Source: Nitrospirota bacterium
Lineage (GTDB): Bacteria; Nitrospirota; Thermodesulfovibrionia; Thermodesulfovibrionales; UBA9159
Reading direction: 5' to 3'
NCBI GenBank assembly: GCA_963699545.1
Contig: CAVOUE010000005.1
Location: 160,001 to 224,000 of the forward strand
Length of the DNA stretch: 64,000 nt
Shown here: one piece after another, positions 1-9,641 of the stretch
How the letters are laid out: each line of letters begins with the position of its first letter
Position numbering within the stretch: position 1 is the stretch's first letter
Made by a program: the position numbers and the translations under genes
The notes under the pieces: generated by a model
The model's database searches: none
Told to the model about the DNA's origin: nothing
The model's input: only the letters and a program-made list of their open reading frames with translations

Positions 1-1057
1 TATAGGCGAGCAGGTCGAAGTAATTGCAGCTCGCTCCCTCTTTGCCGACATGGCCACATACGGCCGCCAGACAGGAATAGGCCCTCTGGGTCTGATGCCC
101 GTTCGTGTAACGCTGATGTCCCCATCCCGTCTCCATGTGAGAATGGTACGTTGCGTAAATCTCCGCCGCCTTCGCAATCTTTTCGGGTTCAACCCCTGTG
201 ACCTTAGCGGCTCTTTCCAACGTCCATTTGGATATTCCCTTCATCAATTCATCAAAGCCGTAGGTATAATTTGCGATGAACTCCTTGTCGTGGAGGTCTT
301 TCTTCACGATATGGTTGATCATCGCAAGGACCATGGCTGCATCGGTCCCGGGTCTCGGCTGAAGGAACAGATCCGCCTTTGCGGCAATGGGGGTAAGATA
401 GGAATCGATAACGATAAGGTATGCCCCGCGTTCCAGCGCATCCCACAGGAACGGCAGAGAATGGACGTTGGTGAAGGAAGAATTATGGCCCACAATCATT
501 ATCACCTCAGCCTTCTTTGACCATAGCTCTATGCTCTGGGTATGCTGCGTGCCCGTGGTAAACGTGGCGCCGGCAAGACCGCTCAGTATGCAGAAACTCC
601 CCACGAGCTTGGATGAGCCAAACAGGTTCAGGAAACGGCCGGAAAGTGTCTTTGCGAGGAACTCCCTGTTGCCGCTGTACACGTATTCCACGAGGGACTC
701 TCCGCCCCATTTCTTCTTGCAGTAATCAAGTTTGTCCACAAGAAAATCATAGGCCTCATCCCAGCTCACCCGCTTGAAATCACCCTTCCCTCTTTTGCCG
801 ACCCTCATCAGTGGATATTTGATCCGGTCTTTATGGTACGTTCTCTGCACATAAGTATTTGCCTTGACACAGAGATGGCCTCTGGTGATGGGGTGGTCGG
901 GATCGCCCTCGACCTTGAGCATCCTGCCGTCTTTCACGTAGGCAACGACACCGCAGGTATCAAAGCAGTTTCTCGGGCAGATGGTCTTTACCACCTTATC
1001 CACCCTCATCGTGCTACCGTTGACCGTGGTAGTAAGTGCCGGAACAGCTTTTCTCAT
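1..1057 (-). CDS. Molybdopterin (Mo/W-bisPGD, DMSO reductase/MopB family) oxidoreductase catalytic subunit, N-terminal part; runs off the left edge
   Basis: Not in the ORF track because there is no stop in the window. Manual translation from ATG at 1057 (SD-like GGGAGG upstream): MRKAVPALTTTVNGSTMRVDKVVKTICPRNCFDTCGVVAYVKDGRMLKVEGDPDHPITRGHLCVKA...RIKYPLMRVGKRGKGDFKRVSWDEAYD...GSFC...LIVIDSYLTPIAAKADLFLQPRPGTDAA. It has the N-terminal 4Fe-4S motif CxxxCxxxC..C and typical MopB motifs; no Tat signal. Confidence 0.9.
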   Translation of the reverse strand, partial: MRKAVPALTTTVNGSTMRVDKVVKTICPRNCFDTCGVVAYVKDGRMLKVEGDPDHPITRGHLCVKANTYVQRTYHKDRIKYPLMRVGKRGKGDFKRVSWDEAYDFLVDKLDYCKKKWGGESLVEYVYSGNREFLAKTLSGRFLNLFGSSKLVGSFCILSGLAGATFTTGTQHTQSIELWSKKAEVIMIVGHNSSFTNVHSLPFLWDALERGAYLIVIDSYLTPIAAKADLFLQPRPGTDAAMVLAMINHIVKKDLHDKEFIANYTYGFDELMKGISKWTLERAAKVTGVEPEKIAKAAEIYATYHSHMETGWGHQRYTNGHQTQRAYSCLAAVCGHVGKEGASCNYFDLLAY

Positions 1058-1085
1058 CTGGTCCCTCCCCTGTGTATTCAAATTT

Positions 1086-1532
1086 TTATTCATTTTCTCT
1101 TACGAGAGTGTTGCACTCTTCTACTATTTTATAGCCGAAGTTCACATCCGGAGAACCCTCAAGGGTCGCCTTAACGGTGCAGTATTTCTCCATAGAGAGC
1201 TCAATCGCCCTTTTTACCGCAGTTTCAGAAAGGTTATTCCCTTTTACAATGAATTCTATGGTGATCGTCGTAAACCTTTTGGGCCATTCGTCCTCCTTGT
1301 CGCCCTTCACGACGATCTCAAAACCTGTCAGGTCCTGCTTTTTCTTCCTGAGGATCGAGAGCACCGCCATACCTGAACAACTGCCGAGCCCTATCAGGAG
1401 AAGATCGGTCGGCATGAGACCGGCGTTTTTCCCTCCGCCCTCGTTATCACCGTCCATGAATACCACATGCCCCGATGAAGCCTCCCCGACAAACTGAACC
1501 CCATCGAGATATCTCACCCTTGCTTCAACCAT
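1086..1532 (-). CDS. OsmC/YhfA family protein
   Basis: GLMPTDLLLIGLGSCSG and SMEKYCTVKATL two-Cys motifs; start set at MVEARV after SD AAGGAGG. Confidence 0.85.
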   Translation of the reverse strand: MVEARVRYLDGVQFVGEASSGHVVFMDGDNEGGGKNAGLMPTDLLLIGLGSCSGMAVLSILRKKKQDLTGFEIVVKGDKEDEWPKRFTTITIEFIVKGNNLSETAVKRAIELSMEKYCTVKATLEGSPDVNFGYKIVEECNTLVRENE

Positions 1533-1585
1533 ATCTGATCCTCCTTGGCTTATGCGGTTCGTTAAGGTTTCTTGATTACGGAAGG

Positions 1586-1601
1586 AGCAACTTCCGTACC
1601 A
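1586..1601 (-). promoter_or_regulatory. Sigma54 (-24/-12) promoter for the OsmC-molybdoenzyme operon
   Basis: Minus strand reads TGGTACGGAAGTTGCT: GG-N10-GC spacing, close to consensus TGGCACG-N4-TTGCW, about 55 nt upstream of the OsmC start. Confidence 0.75.
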
Positions 1602-1925
1602 CAACACAGTGCGGCTCTGAAAGTCTGCTCTTCGACGATGATTAATTTTCTCTCATAAGGGTGCGGAAAAACAGGCCGCAGTAAGCCTCATGTCCGTCTG
1701 CGAGTGAGGGAAAATTCTATTCCCGAGTCCAGAATAGAGAATACATGTCCCGCGATAAACCCGGCTGATTGATATTCCTCTCTTCCCCTGGGCGTGAAAC
1801 CAGGCTTTTTGGAGCAAGAAGCATGGTAAAATGCGGTACCTTTCCGGGGGCCGGTGTTTTTTTTAGGGAGGAAATGGGAACAAGGTCTTAATATAGGAGG
1901 AAAAATACAGCTACTGCATTATGCA

Positions 1926-3428
1926 TTACGCCTCGATGTCGTACTTTTTCAGCTTCCTCCACAACGTCGTGACGTCTAAGCCGAGAAGACGCGAAGCCTT
2001 GCTCTTGTTGCCGCGCACAAGACCAAGAACCTTCAGAATGTGTTCCCTTTCAATGCTTTCAAGGGACCAGAATTTCCGTACGTCATTGTAGTGCGTGGCG
2101 ATATCGATGGGAAGGTCCTTCTTCTGGATCTCATCAGTTCCAGTAATCACGACTGCCCTCTCTATCGTGTTCTCAAGTTCCCGTATGTTTCCTGGCCATG
2201 AATGGTTTATAAGGATATCTACTGCCTCTTCCGAAATCCTTCTGATATTCTTCCCCATCTTATTTGAGTATTTATTTATGAAATATCTGATAAGTAAAGG
2301 GATATCTTCTATCCTCTCTTTGAGTGGCGGAAGTTCAATTTTAATCACATTCAAGCGGTAATAAAGGTCTTCCCTGAAATCCTTTGCCTTGACGGCTGCT
2401 TCGAGATCCTGGTTTGTGGCGGCGATCATCCTCACATCAACCGTCAGAGGCTGTGTACTGCCGACTTTGAAAAAAGTCTTATCCTGCAAAACCCTTAATA
2501 GTTTTACCTGCAGGTTCTTGCTCATCGCCTCTACTTCATCGAGGAAGATGGTCCCGCCGTCTGCAGCCTCGAAAAGACCCTTCTTGTCGGTATAAGCACC
2601 GGTAAAGGCCCCTTTACGGTATCCAAAGAGTTCGGACTCCAGCAGATTCTCCGGGATCGCCGCACAATTTACAGCAAAGAAGGGCTTGTCTCTTCTGATG
2701 CTGTTATAGTGTATTGCCCTGGCAATAAGTTCTTTGCCGGTGCCGCTTTCTCCGTAAATCAGAATGCTCGACGGGACATCGGTCACTTTCCGTACCATGC
2801 TGAGAACCTCCAGCATCTTTGGGCTGTTCGCAATTATGCCCTCAAAGGAGCAGTACCGCAGATTCTCTTCGGCATTCCTTTTTGTATTCTCAAATAACCG
2901 GGCGTTCTCTATAGCAAGACTGATGGGGACGGTGGCGGCTCTTAAGATATCAATAAGATCATCATCGGGAGTATAAGGAGCAAAGGTAATGACACACAGA
3001 ACGCCGACAACTTTCTCCTTTGACTTCAAAGGGAGACCCGCGTAAAACTCTATTCCGGCCTTCTTTTGTGATTCGCGGGTAAACCGTGGGTCCTCGGACG
3101 CCTTCTCAGGGATAATAATCTCTCTATTGCATTCTGCAATATTTCCGCACATGCATTCGCCAACCTTAACCTTGTTTTCGCAGATATCCCTCACGACGTC
3201 GTCAGAAAGATTCTGATAGGAGACCGGGATCATCTCGAGTGTCTCATTATTGATGACAAATATTACTGCTGAGTCGACCCCCATGAAGGTGATGATTTTC
3301 CCAAGAACATCGTCAAGAATTGTCTTAAGATCGAGGGACTTGCCTACGGTGAGGGCGATATCGTAAAGAATGGAAAGTTTCTTGTTCTGTCTTTCCAGAG
3401 TCTCCGGTAAGGAAAGAAACTCGCTCAT
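1926..3428 (-). CDS. Sigma54-dependent transcriptional activator (GAF + AAA+ + Fis-type HTH)
   Basis: GESGTGKE Walker A, ESELFG..GAFTGA, FLDEV, FREDLYYRLNV, C-terminal HTH; N-terminal GAF domain with CMCG. Confidence 0.95.
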   Translation of the reverse strand: MSEFLSLPETLERQNKKLSILYDIALTVGKSLDLKTILDDVLGKIITFMGVDSAVIFVINNETLEMIPVSYQNLSDDVVRDICENKVKVGECMCGNIAECNREIIIPEKASEDPRFTRESQKKAGIEFYAGLPLKSKEKVVGVLCVITFAPYTPDDDLIDILRAATVPISLAIENARLFENTKRNAEENLRYCSFEGIIANSPKMLEVLSMVRKVTDVPSSILIYGESGTGKELIARAIHYNSIRRDKPFFAVNCAAIPENLLESELFGYRKGAFTGAYTDKKGLFEAADGGTIFLDEVEAMSKNLQVKLLRVLQDKTFFKVGSTQPLTVDVRMIAATNQDLEAAVKAKDFREDLYYRLNVIKIELPPLKERIEDIPLLIRYFINKYSNKMGKNIRRISEEAVDILINHSWPGNIRELENTIERAVVITGTDEIQKKDLPIDIATHYNDVRKFWSLESIEREHILKVLGLVRGNKSKASRLLGLDVTTLWRKLKKYDIEA

Positions 3429-3447
3429 AGTTCTATTTTAACATCCT

Positions 3448-3463
3448 TGGCATTTTTTTTGCA
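3448..3463 (+). promoter_or_regulatory. Sigma54 (-24/-12) promoter upstream of the TusA-like gene
   Basis: TGGCATTTTTTTTGCA with GG-N10-GC spacing; followed directly by the palindrome GTCACC-TAT-GGTGAC (3464-3478). Confidence 0.6.
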
Positions 3464-3514
3464 GTCACCTATGGTGACGTATAACGAGAGTCAATTAAGA
3501 TACGGGAGGAAGTT

Positions 3515-3769
3515 ATGGACGAGATGAAAGCAGATGTGATTTTGGACGTCAAGGGGCTAACCTGTCCCATGCCGGTGTTGAAAACGAAGAAGGCGATCGA
3601 CGGAATGGGCTCGGGCCAGACCCTTGAGGTAATAGCCACAGACCCTGCATCAAAAGCTGATATCCCCGCTTTTCTGGGCAGATTGGGGCATGAGCTTGTC
3701 GAGGCAGATGAAAGGGACGGGATATTCTCTTTCTTAATAAAGAAGAACGGTGATGTCCCGAGAAGCTAG
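3515..3769 (+). CDS. TusA family sulfur-carrier protein
   Basis: LDVKGLTCPMPVLKTKKAI (CPxP motif), ATDPAS; SD GGGAGGA. Confidence 0.9.
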   Translation: MDEMKADVILDVKGLTCPMPVLKTKKAIDGMGSGQTLEVIATDPASKADIPAFLGRLGHELVEADERDGIFSFLIKKNGDVPRS

Positions 3770-4102
3770 GGCAATGCATTTCAGGCATATCATCAAGCGT
3801 GTTGACAATGGACCATGTTCGCACATTGCGTCTCTTGTTGGAGAATCGCTGAGGGTTCACGGACATTGCCGTCCCGGGGAGGATATTTTTTGAGGGGCGC
3901 TATGCAATTATTCCATAACGGATCAATTGAGTGGTGTGAGTGGTGGTATGGACATTAAATCAAAGCTCTGGACGGGTGTTGACGGAAAGCCCGTCCCGCA
4001 AGAGCATTCCTGAAAAAGTTTGAAGCGTTCGAACATGGTATAAATAGTTGATAACAAACTCAATGACATATTCAAGGCGAATGATCTATAGAGGAGGTTT
4101 CT

Positions 4103-5161
4103 ATGTGTGAGATGCCTCATGAAGACCACGGGCCCGGACTAAAGCAAATATCGGTGAAAGAGGCCGTGGGTACAGTCCTCGCCCATGACATTACAGAGAT
4201 ACGACCGGGAGAGTTCAAGGGACGCGCCTTCAGGAAAGGACATGTCATCAGGGAAGACGATGTCTGCCACCTCCAGCGGCTCGGCAAGGAACATCTCTTT
4301 GTGTTGAATATCCTCGATGACGAAATGCACGAAGACGATGCTGCATACGCCCTTGCTAACGCCCTCATGGGAGAAGGAGTGAAGATGAAGGGAGAGCCGA
4401 AAGAAGGGAAGATAACTATCATTGCTGAGAGAGATGGCCTCCTTAAGATCAATAAAGACGCGCTCCTCGCATTCAATATGCTCGGTGATGTCATGTGCGC
4501 AACCCTTCGTAGTAACATGGTTGTGAAAAAGGGACAGATCGTTGCCGGTACCAGAGCGATACCGCTGATAGTAAGAAAAGATCTTGTGCAGGCAGCGGTT
4601 AGAATTGGTGTAGAGACCGGCAAGATTATTCAGGTCAAAGAGATCAGAAAGCCGAAGGCAGGCGTGGTAATCACGGGGAATGAAGTTTACTACGGCAAGA
4701 TCCAGGATGCTTTTTCACCGGTTATAAGGAACAAGATAGAGGCTATCGGCGGTGAGATGATCGGCACATACTACGCGCCTGATGATGAATCATTTATCGA
4801 GGCGAGACTCAGAGAATTGATCCATGCCGGAGCAGATGTGCTCATTACAACTGGGGGCATGTCTGTTGATCCTGATGATGTGACCAGGTTTGCAATCAGG
4901 AATCTTGGAGTGGGAGATATCACTTACGGTTCAGCCGTGCTTCCAGGGGCCATGTTTCTTGTGGCCTATCTCGGAGAGATTCCCGTGCTCGGTATTCCGG
5001 CCTGCGGCATGTACGCAAAAACAACAATCTTTGACCTTATCCTTCCCAGAGTACTTGCTGGTGAGAGGATAGGGAGGAGGGAACTGGCGGAACTGGGGCA
5101 TGGGGGACTATGTATGAAGTGTGATATCTGCAATTATCCGGTTTGTTCTTTTGGAAAATAG
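4103..5161 (+). CDS. Molybdopterin-binding (MoCF-biosynthesis domain) protein with C-terminal Cys cluster
   Basis: ITGNEV, TTGGMSVDPDDVT, VLPGAMF, GIPACGM, C-terminal GHGGLCxxCxxCxYPxCSFGK. Confidence 0.85.
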   Translation: MCEMPHEDHGPGLKQISVKEAVGTVLAHDITEIRPGEFKGRAFRKGHVIREDDVCHLQRLGKEHLFVLNILDDEMHEDDAAYALANALMGEGVKMKGEPKEGKITIIAERDGLLKINKDALLAFNMLGDVMCATLRSNMVVKKGQIVAGTRAIPLIVRKDLVQAAVRIGVETGKIIQVKEIRKPKAGVVITGNEVYYGKIQDAFSPVIRNKIEAIGGEMIGTYYAPDDESFIEARLRELIHAGADVLITTGGMSVDPDDVTRFAIRNLGVGDITYGSAVLPGAMFLVAYLGEIPVLGIPACGMYAKTTIFDLILPRVLAGERIGRRELAELGHGGLCMKCDICNYPVCSFGK

Positions 5162-5405
5162 CGCGGAACGTTGATTTTTCGATCTGTGAATGTTTGTGTA
5201 CCAGAACTTTTTATACTTGCACTGATCCGGAACCCTTTCGCAACACGGGTAATCCATAGTTATCAGAAATTGAAGCCGTTGAGGACAACGGACGTTCTCG
5301 TGCGGATTTCGGGCGAATGTGACACGTCGAATACTTGCGGCTACACCTCCGCCCTCTTTCCATGACCTCATTGGCTTTTTGCGCACTTCTTTCCCCCTCC
5401 CTTGA

Positions 5406-5433
5406 TTGACAATCCACATTAAAGAAATATAAT
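5406..5433 (+). promoter_or_regulatory. Sigma70 promoter of the oxidoreductase operon
   Basis: Perfect TTGACA-N16-TATAAT about 70 nt upstream of 5503. Confidence 0.7.
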
Positions 5434-5502
5434 GAAACACAGGGAAAGAGAGATTAGCGTCCAGCTCTTCCGAAAAGACCGTTTTGAGAAAAGGAGGCAT
5501 CT

Positions 5503-5973
5503 ATGATCTCACTAAATGTGAATGGAAAACAGCATAAGGTCGATGTCAACCCAGAAACGCCGCTTCTTTGGGTAATCAGGGAAACGCTCGGACTGACCGG
5601 CACAAAATATGGCTGCGGAAAGTCGCTCTGCGGCGCCTGCACCGTTCTCATTGACGGAGAGGCCGTTCGTTCGTGCGTTACCCCTGTATCGTCTATCGGA
5701 AAGGGGAAGATCACAACGATCGAGGGTATCACTGATGGCCCGGTTCATCCGGTTCAAAAGGGATGGATCGCTGACGATGTGCCTCAGTGCGGCTACTGCC
5801 AGTCAGGTCAGATCATGCAGGCAGTGGCACTGTTGAAGAAGAAACCCGCGCCGAGTGATGCCGACATAGACGACGCAATGTCAGGTAACATCTGCCGCTG
5901 TGGCACGTATCAGAGGATTCGCAAGGCCATTCACACCGCTTCAAGGATAATGGCGGAAGGAGGCAGGAAATGA
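5503..5973 (+). CDS. (2Fe-2S)-binding subunit of isoquinoline 1-oxidoreductase/aldehyde oxidoreductase (IorA-like)
   Basis: [37 protein letters not shown]. Confidence 0.95.
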   Translation: MISLNVNGKQHKVDVNPETPLLWVIRETLGLTGTKYGCGKSLCGACTVLIDGEAVRSCVTPVSSIGKGKITTIEGITDGPVHPVQKGWIADDVPQCGYCQSGQIMQAVALLKKKPAPSDADIDDAMSGNICRCGTYQRIRKAIHTASRIMAEGGRK

Positions 5974-8139
5974 GCGAGATCATCAACGTTAGCCGTCGTG
6001 ACTTCTTAAAGACCGGGGCGCTCGCTCGGGTCCGGACTGGTCATCGGCTTTTCCCTTCCTCTCCGTTATTCTCTTGCCGAAGGTGCAGCGCGGTCAACAC
6101 CCTTTATGCCGAATGCCTTTATCCGCATCGGTACCGACAGCAAGGTGACTATCATCGTCAACAAATCAGAGATGGGTCAGGGGGTATACACTTCACTCCC
6201 GATGCTTATCGCTGAGGAACTGGAATGCGACTGGAAGTCGGTGCGAGTCGAGGCGGCCTCGGTCGATCCGGCTTACAACCATACCGAATGGGGCAGTATG
6301 CAGGGGACCGGCGGAAGTTCGAGCGTTCGTTCGACCTGGAACCAGTTCCGTAAGGCTGGAGCTGCGGCACGCGTGATGCTTCTTGAAGCGGCGGCGAAGA
6401 CCTGGAAGGTTCATGCTGCGAGCTGCCGCGCCGAGAAGGGGTTTGTTATCCACGGTGCGACTGGAAGGAAGCTTGCCTATGGAAAGCTGGTAGGGAAAGC
6501 TGCGGGCATAAAGGCGCCCCAGGACGTTCCCTTGAAAGAGCCGAAGGACTTCAGTCTCATCGGCAAGGCAACAAGGCGTCTCGATACCCCGGAAAAGGTC
6601 AATGGAAAAGGGATCTTCGGTATCGATGCAAAGGTACCGGGAATGCTCACCGCTGTGGTCGTCCGGTCGCCTGTCTTCGGCGGCAAGGTGAAGAGTCTCA
6701 ATGCCGATAAGGCCAGGACCGTGCCCGGTGTCAGGAATGTCGTTCAGGTCAATTCCGGGGTTGCGGTCGTTGCAGAGCATTTCTGGCAGGCAAAGCGCGG
6801 CCGCGATGTCCTGGAGGTGACATGGGACGAAGGGGACAATACAAAGCTCTCCAGCCCGGAGATGCGTGAGGAATACGCAAAACTTGCCAAGGGCCCCGGT
6901 TCTGTGGCAAAGAAAAAAGGCGAGCCTGAGCAGGCTATGGCAAACGCTGCGAAACAGATCACTGCGGAGTATGAAGTCCCCTATCTCGCCCATGCCACGA
7001 TGGAGCCTCTGAACTGTCTCGTTGATCTGCGTGATGAGAGTTGTGAAATCTGGACCGGGACCCAGATGCAGACCAGTGACAGGAACGCCGCAGCAAAGAT
7101 CGCGGGGTTGAAACCTGAGCAGGTGAAGCTTTACACCACGCTTCTTGGCGGTGGTTTTGGCCGCCGCGCAAACCCCTATTCGGATTTCGTTGCCGAAGCG
7201 GTGCACGTGGCGAAGGCAATAAGAAAACCGGTTAAGGTGATCTGGACCCGGGAGGACGATATGAAAGGAGGTTATTACCGTCCGATGTGGTATGACCGGA
7301 TTGCGGCCGGACTTGATACCATCGGGAACCCCGTGGCCTGGCAGCACGCCATCGTGGGGCAATCAATCATAAGCGGAACTCCTTTTGAGAAGGCTATGTT
7401 GAAGGATGGCGTGGATGTAACTTCAGTAGAAGGCGCTCAGGACATTCCTTATGATATCCCCAATATCCTTGTCAGCCTGCATAGTCCAAAACTCGGCATA
7501 CCGGTGCTATGGTGGCGCTCGGTGGGACACTCCCATACCGCCTTTGTCGTCGAGAGCTTTCTCGACGAAGTCGCGCACGCTGGGGGGAAAGATCCCTATG
7601 AGTTCCGCCGTGCATTGCTCAAGGAACATCCGCGCCACAGGAACGTACTCGAACTTGCTGCACAAAAAGCAGGATGGGGGACGCCGCTGCCGGAGGGGCG
7701 GGCGCGCGGTATCGCGGTGCATGAATCTTTTGGCAGTTTCGTTGCCCAGGTAGCTGAGGTTTCGGTTGGGCCTACGGGAGGCGTGCGCGTCCATAGAGTG
7801 GTTTGCGTCATAGACTGCGGGAGATTTGTAAATCCGGACACGATAGAGGCCCAGATGGAGTCCGGAATTGTTTTTGGCCTCACCGCTGCGCTCTACGGTG
7901 AGATCACTTTCAAAGACGGCCGGGTGGTGCAGGGCAATTTCGATGATTACCCGATGCTGCGCATGAACGAAATGCCTCGGGTGGAAGTATATGTGATGCC
8001 GAGTCAGGAACAGCCTCAGGGCGTGGGAGAGCCCGGCGTCCCCCCCATTGCCCCTGCAGTCTGTAACGCCATATTCGCTGCCACGGGAAAGCGTGTCCGG
8101 CGCCTGCCCATCCGTACTGAGGAATTGAAGAGGGCTTGA
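5970..8139 (+). CDS. Xanthine dehydrogenase-family molybdopterin (MCD)-binding subunit, IorB-like, with Tat signal; frameshift near 6025
   Basis: [14 protein letters not shown] twin-arginine motif joins across a one-base shift to GSGLVIGF...[43 protein letters not shown]. Confidence 0.9.
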
Positions 8140-8143
8140 ACAT

Positions 8144-8989
8144 ATGGAAATCTATGAGGAAGTGCTGCGTCTTAAGAAAGAGGGCAGGCCTTCTGCCCTC
8201 GCTACCATTGTCCAGTGCATCGGCTCATCCCCACAGAAGGAAGGGGCAAAAATGCTCGTAAGGGAGGACGGTTCCATCATAGGCACGCTTGGCGGCGGAT
8301 GTATCGAGGCGGAGGTGATCCAGGCCGCACTCATGGCGATAAGGGATGGAACTTCCCAGACCATCCCCTTTGAACTCACAGAAAAAGAAGGCGGCCTCGT
8401 CTGCGGTGGCAAGGTGCTTGTGTACATCGAGCCTGTAATTCCGGAACCCCGCCTCATAGTCCTTGGCGCGGGACACGTCGGCAAGGCATTGTCGAAAATC
8501 GCGAGCTTCTCCGGTTTCAAAGTGACCGTGGTCGACGACCGACCGGAATATGCGAACAGGGAGTTTCTTCCAGATGCGGACGAGGTCATTGTTGCCAATT
8601 TTGAGGGCGTCTTCGAGAAAGCGGCTCTGGATAGGAGCGCATACATCGTGATTGCAACCCGGGGGCATAACCACGACTTGGATGCGCTGAAGGCTGCGTT
8701 GAGAACTGATGCGCGGTACGTCGGACTCATGGGAAGCAGGAGAAAAAAGGCCCTCATATTCAAGGCCTTGGAAAAGGAAGGATTCTCCGGGGACGACATC
8801 GGCAGGGTCATCATCCCTGTAGGGCTTCCCATAAGTTCCGTCACCCCCGAGGAGATTGCCGTGAGCATCATGGCACAAATCATCCAGCAGAGGAGAGAAA
8901 ATGGACCAGCGCGTTTCGGCAATCCTTCTTGCAGCAGGCTCATCCCTGAGGATGGGCCTGCTGAAGCAGCTCCTGCCCATAAAGGATAG
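8144..8989 (+). CDS. xdhC: XdhC/CoxI family Moco chaperone
   Basis: [56 protein letters not shown]. Confidence 0.9.
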   Translation: MEIYEEVLRLKKEGRPSALATIVQCIGSSPQKEGAKMLVREDGSIIGTLGGGCIEAEVIQAALMAIRDGTSQTIPFELTEKEGGLVCGGKVLVYIEPVIPEPRLIVLGAGHVGKALSKIASFSGFKVTVVDDRPEYANREFLPDADEVIVANFEGVFEKAALDRSAYIVIATRGHNHDLDALKAALRTDARYVGLMGSRRKKALIFKALEKEGFSGDDIGRVIIPVGLPISSVTPEEIAVSIMAQIIQQRRENGPARFGNPSCSRLIPEDGPAEAAPAHKG

Positions 8990-9491
8990 ACCCGCCGTCA
9001 GACATTGTGCGGAAACCCTTATCTCTTCAGGAATCACGGACGTGGTCGTTGTCCTCGCTCCGTTCGGGCGAGCTATTAAAGGGGCGATCAATGACCTTCC
9101 GCTGAATATCGTCTTCAATGAAGATTCCGAAAGCGAGATGGCTGATTCGGTGCGGTCCGGTCTTCGCGGACTTGATCCTTCGTCCACAGGAATACTCATC
9201 TGCCTGTGCGATCATCCACTGGTGTCTTCGGAGACGGTAAAGACCCTCATCCGCTTTCATGGGGAATTCCCTGACTGGATCTTCGTCCCCGCATACAACG
9301 GGAAGAGGGGCCACCCCACGCTCTTTCCGGCAGCAGCGATAGCAGAAATGACGAAAGGAATCGCCTTGAGGGACGTGATACGCAAAAATCCGGAAAGGGT
9401 GCGCCAGGTCGACGTTGCTGACGAGGGGGTTGTTCTTGATATGGATACGATGGAGGATTACCGAATGATTTCCCGAAGAGCCCTCTCGTAG
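8901..9491 (+). CDS. Molybdenum cofactor cytidylyltransferase (MocA-like NTP transferase)
   Basis: [40 protein letters not shown]; adjacent to an MCD enzyme. Confidence 0.85.
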   Translation: MDQRVSAILLAAGSSLRMGLLKQLLPIKDRPAVRHCAETLISSGITDVVVVLAPFGRAIKGAINDLPLNIVFNEDSESEMADSVRSGLRGLDPSSTGILICLCDHPLVSSETVKTLIRFHGEFPDWIFVPAYNGKRGHPTLFPAAAIAEMTKGIALRDVIRKNPERVRQVDVADEGVVLDMDTMEDYRMISRRALS

Positions 9492-9641
9492 TTCTGCGTT
9501 CTTTCCTCAACATCGGCTTCGTAGGTGAAGTTGCGCGCCGTACGCACGACGCCACTGCATCCGACATCTTTCTTTAGGAAATATGCCGCTCCTTCAGCAT
9601 CAGGGCTTGTACAAATAGAGAACGCGTGCGATAATAGTCCG

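Noticed and set aside
1-1057. Selenocysteine codon in the molybdoenzyme
   Set aside because: The candidate ligand position is TGC (Cys) and no in-frame TGA was seen
50-1497. Plus-strand ORFs 50..520, 468..725, 833..1174, 981..1376 and 1177..1497
   Set aside because: Antisense shadows of the molybdoenzyme and OsmC genes
1812-1828. Second sigma54-like site (minus strand TACCATGCTTCTTGCT)
   Set aside because: Lacks the invariant GG at -24
5108-5500. Minus-strand 130-aa ORF between the MoCF protein and iorA
   Set aside because: Overlaps a promoter and a gene end, with no recognisable domain
5440-5502. Moco riboswitch upstream of iorA
   Set aside because: The leader is only about 60 nt and the multi-stem Moco RNA motif could not be identified
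6193-9199. Long minus-strand ORFs opposite iorB and xdhC
   Set aside because: No recognisable motifs; shadow frames of GC-rich coding sequence
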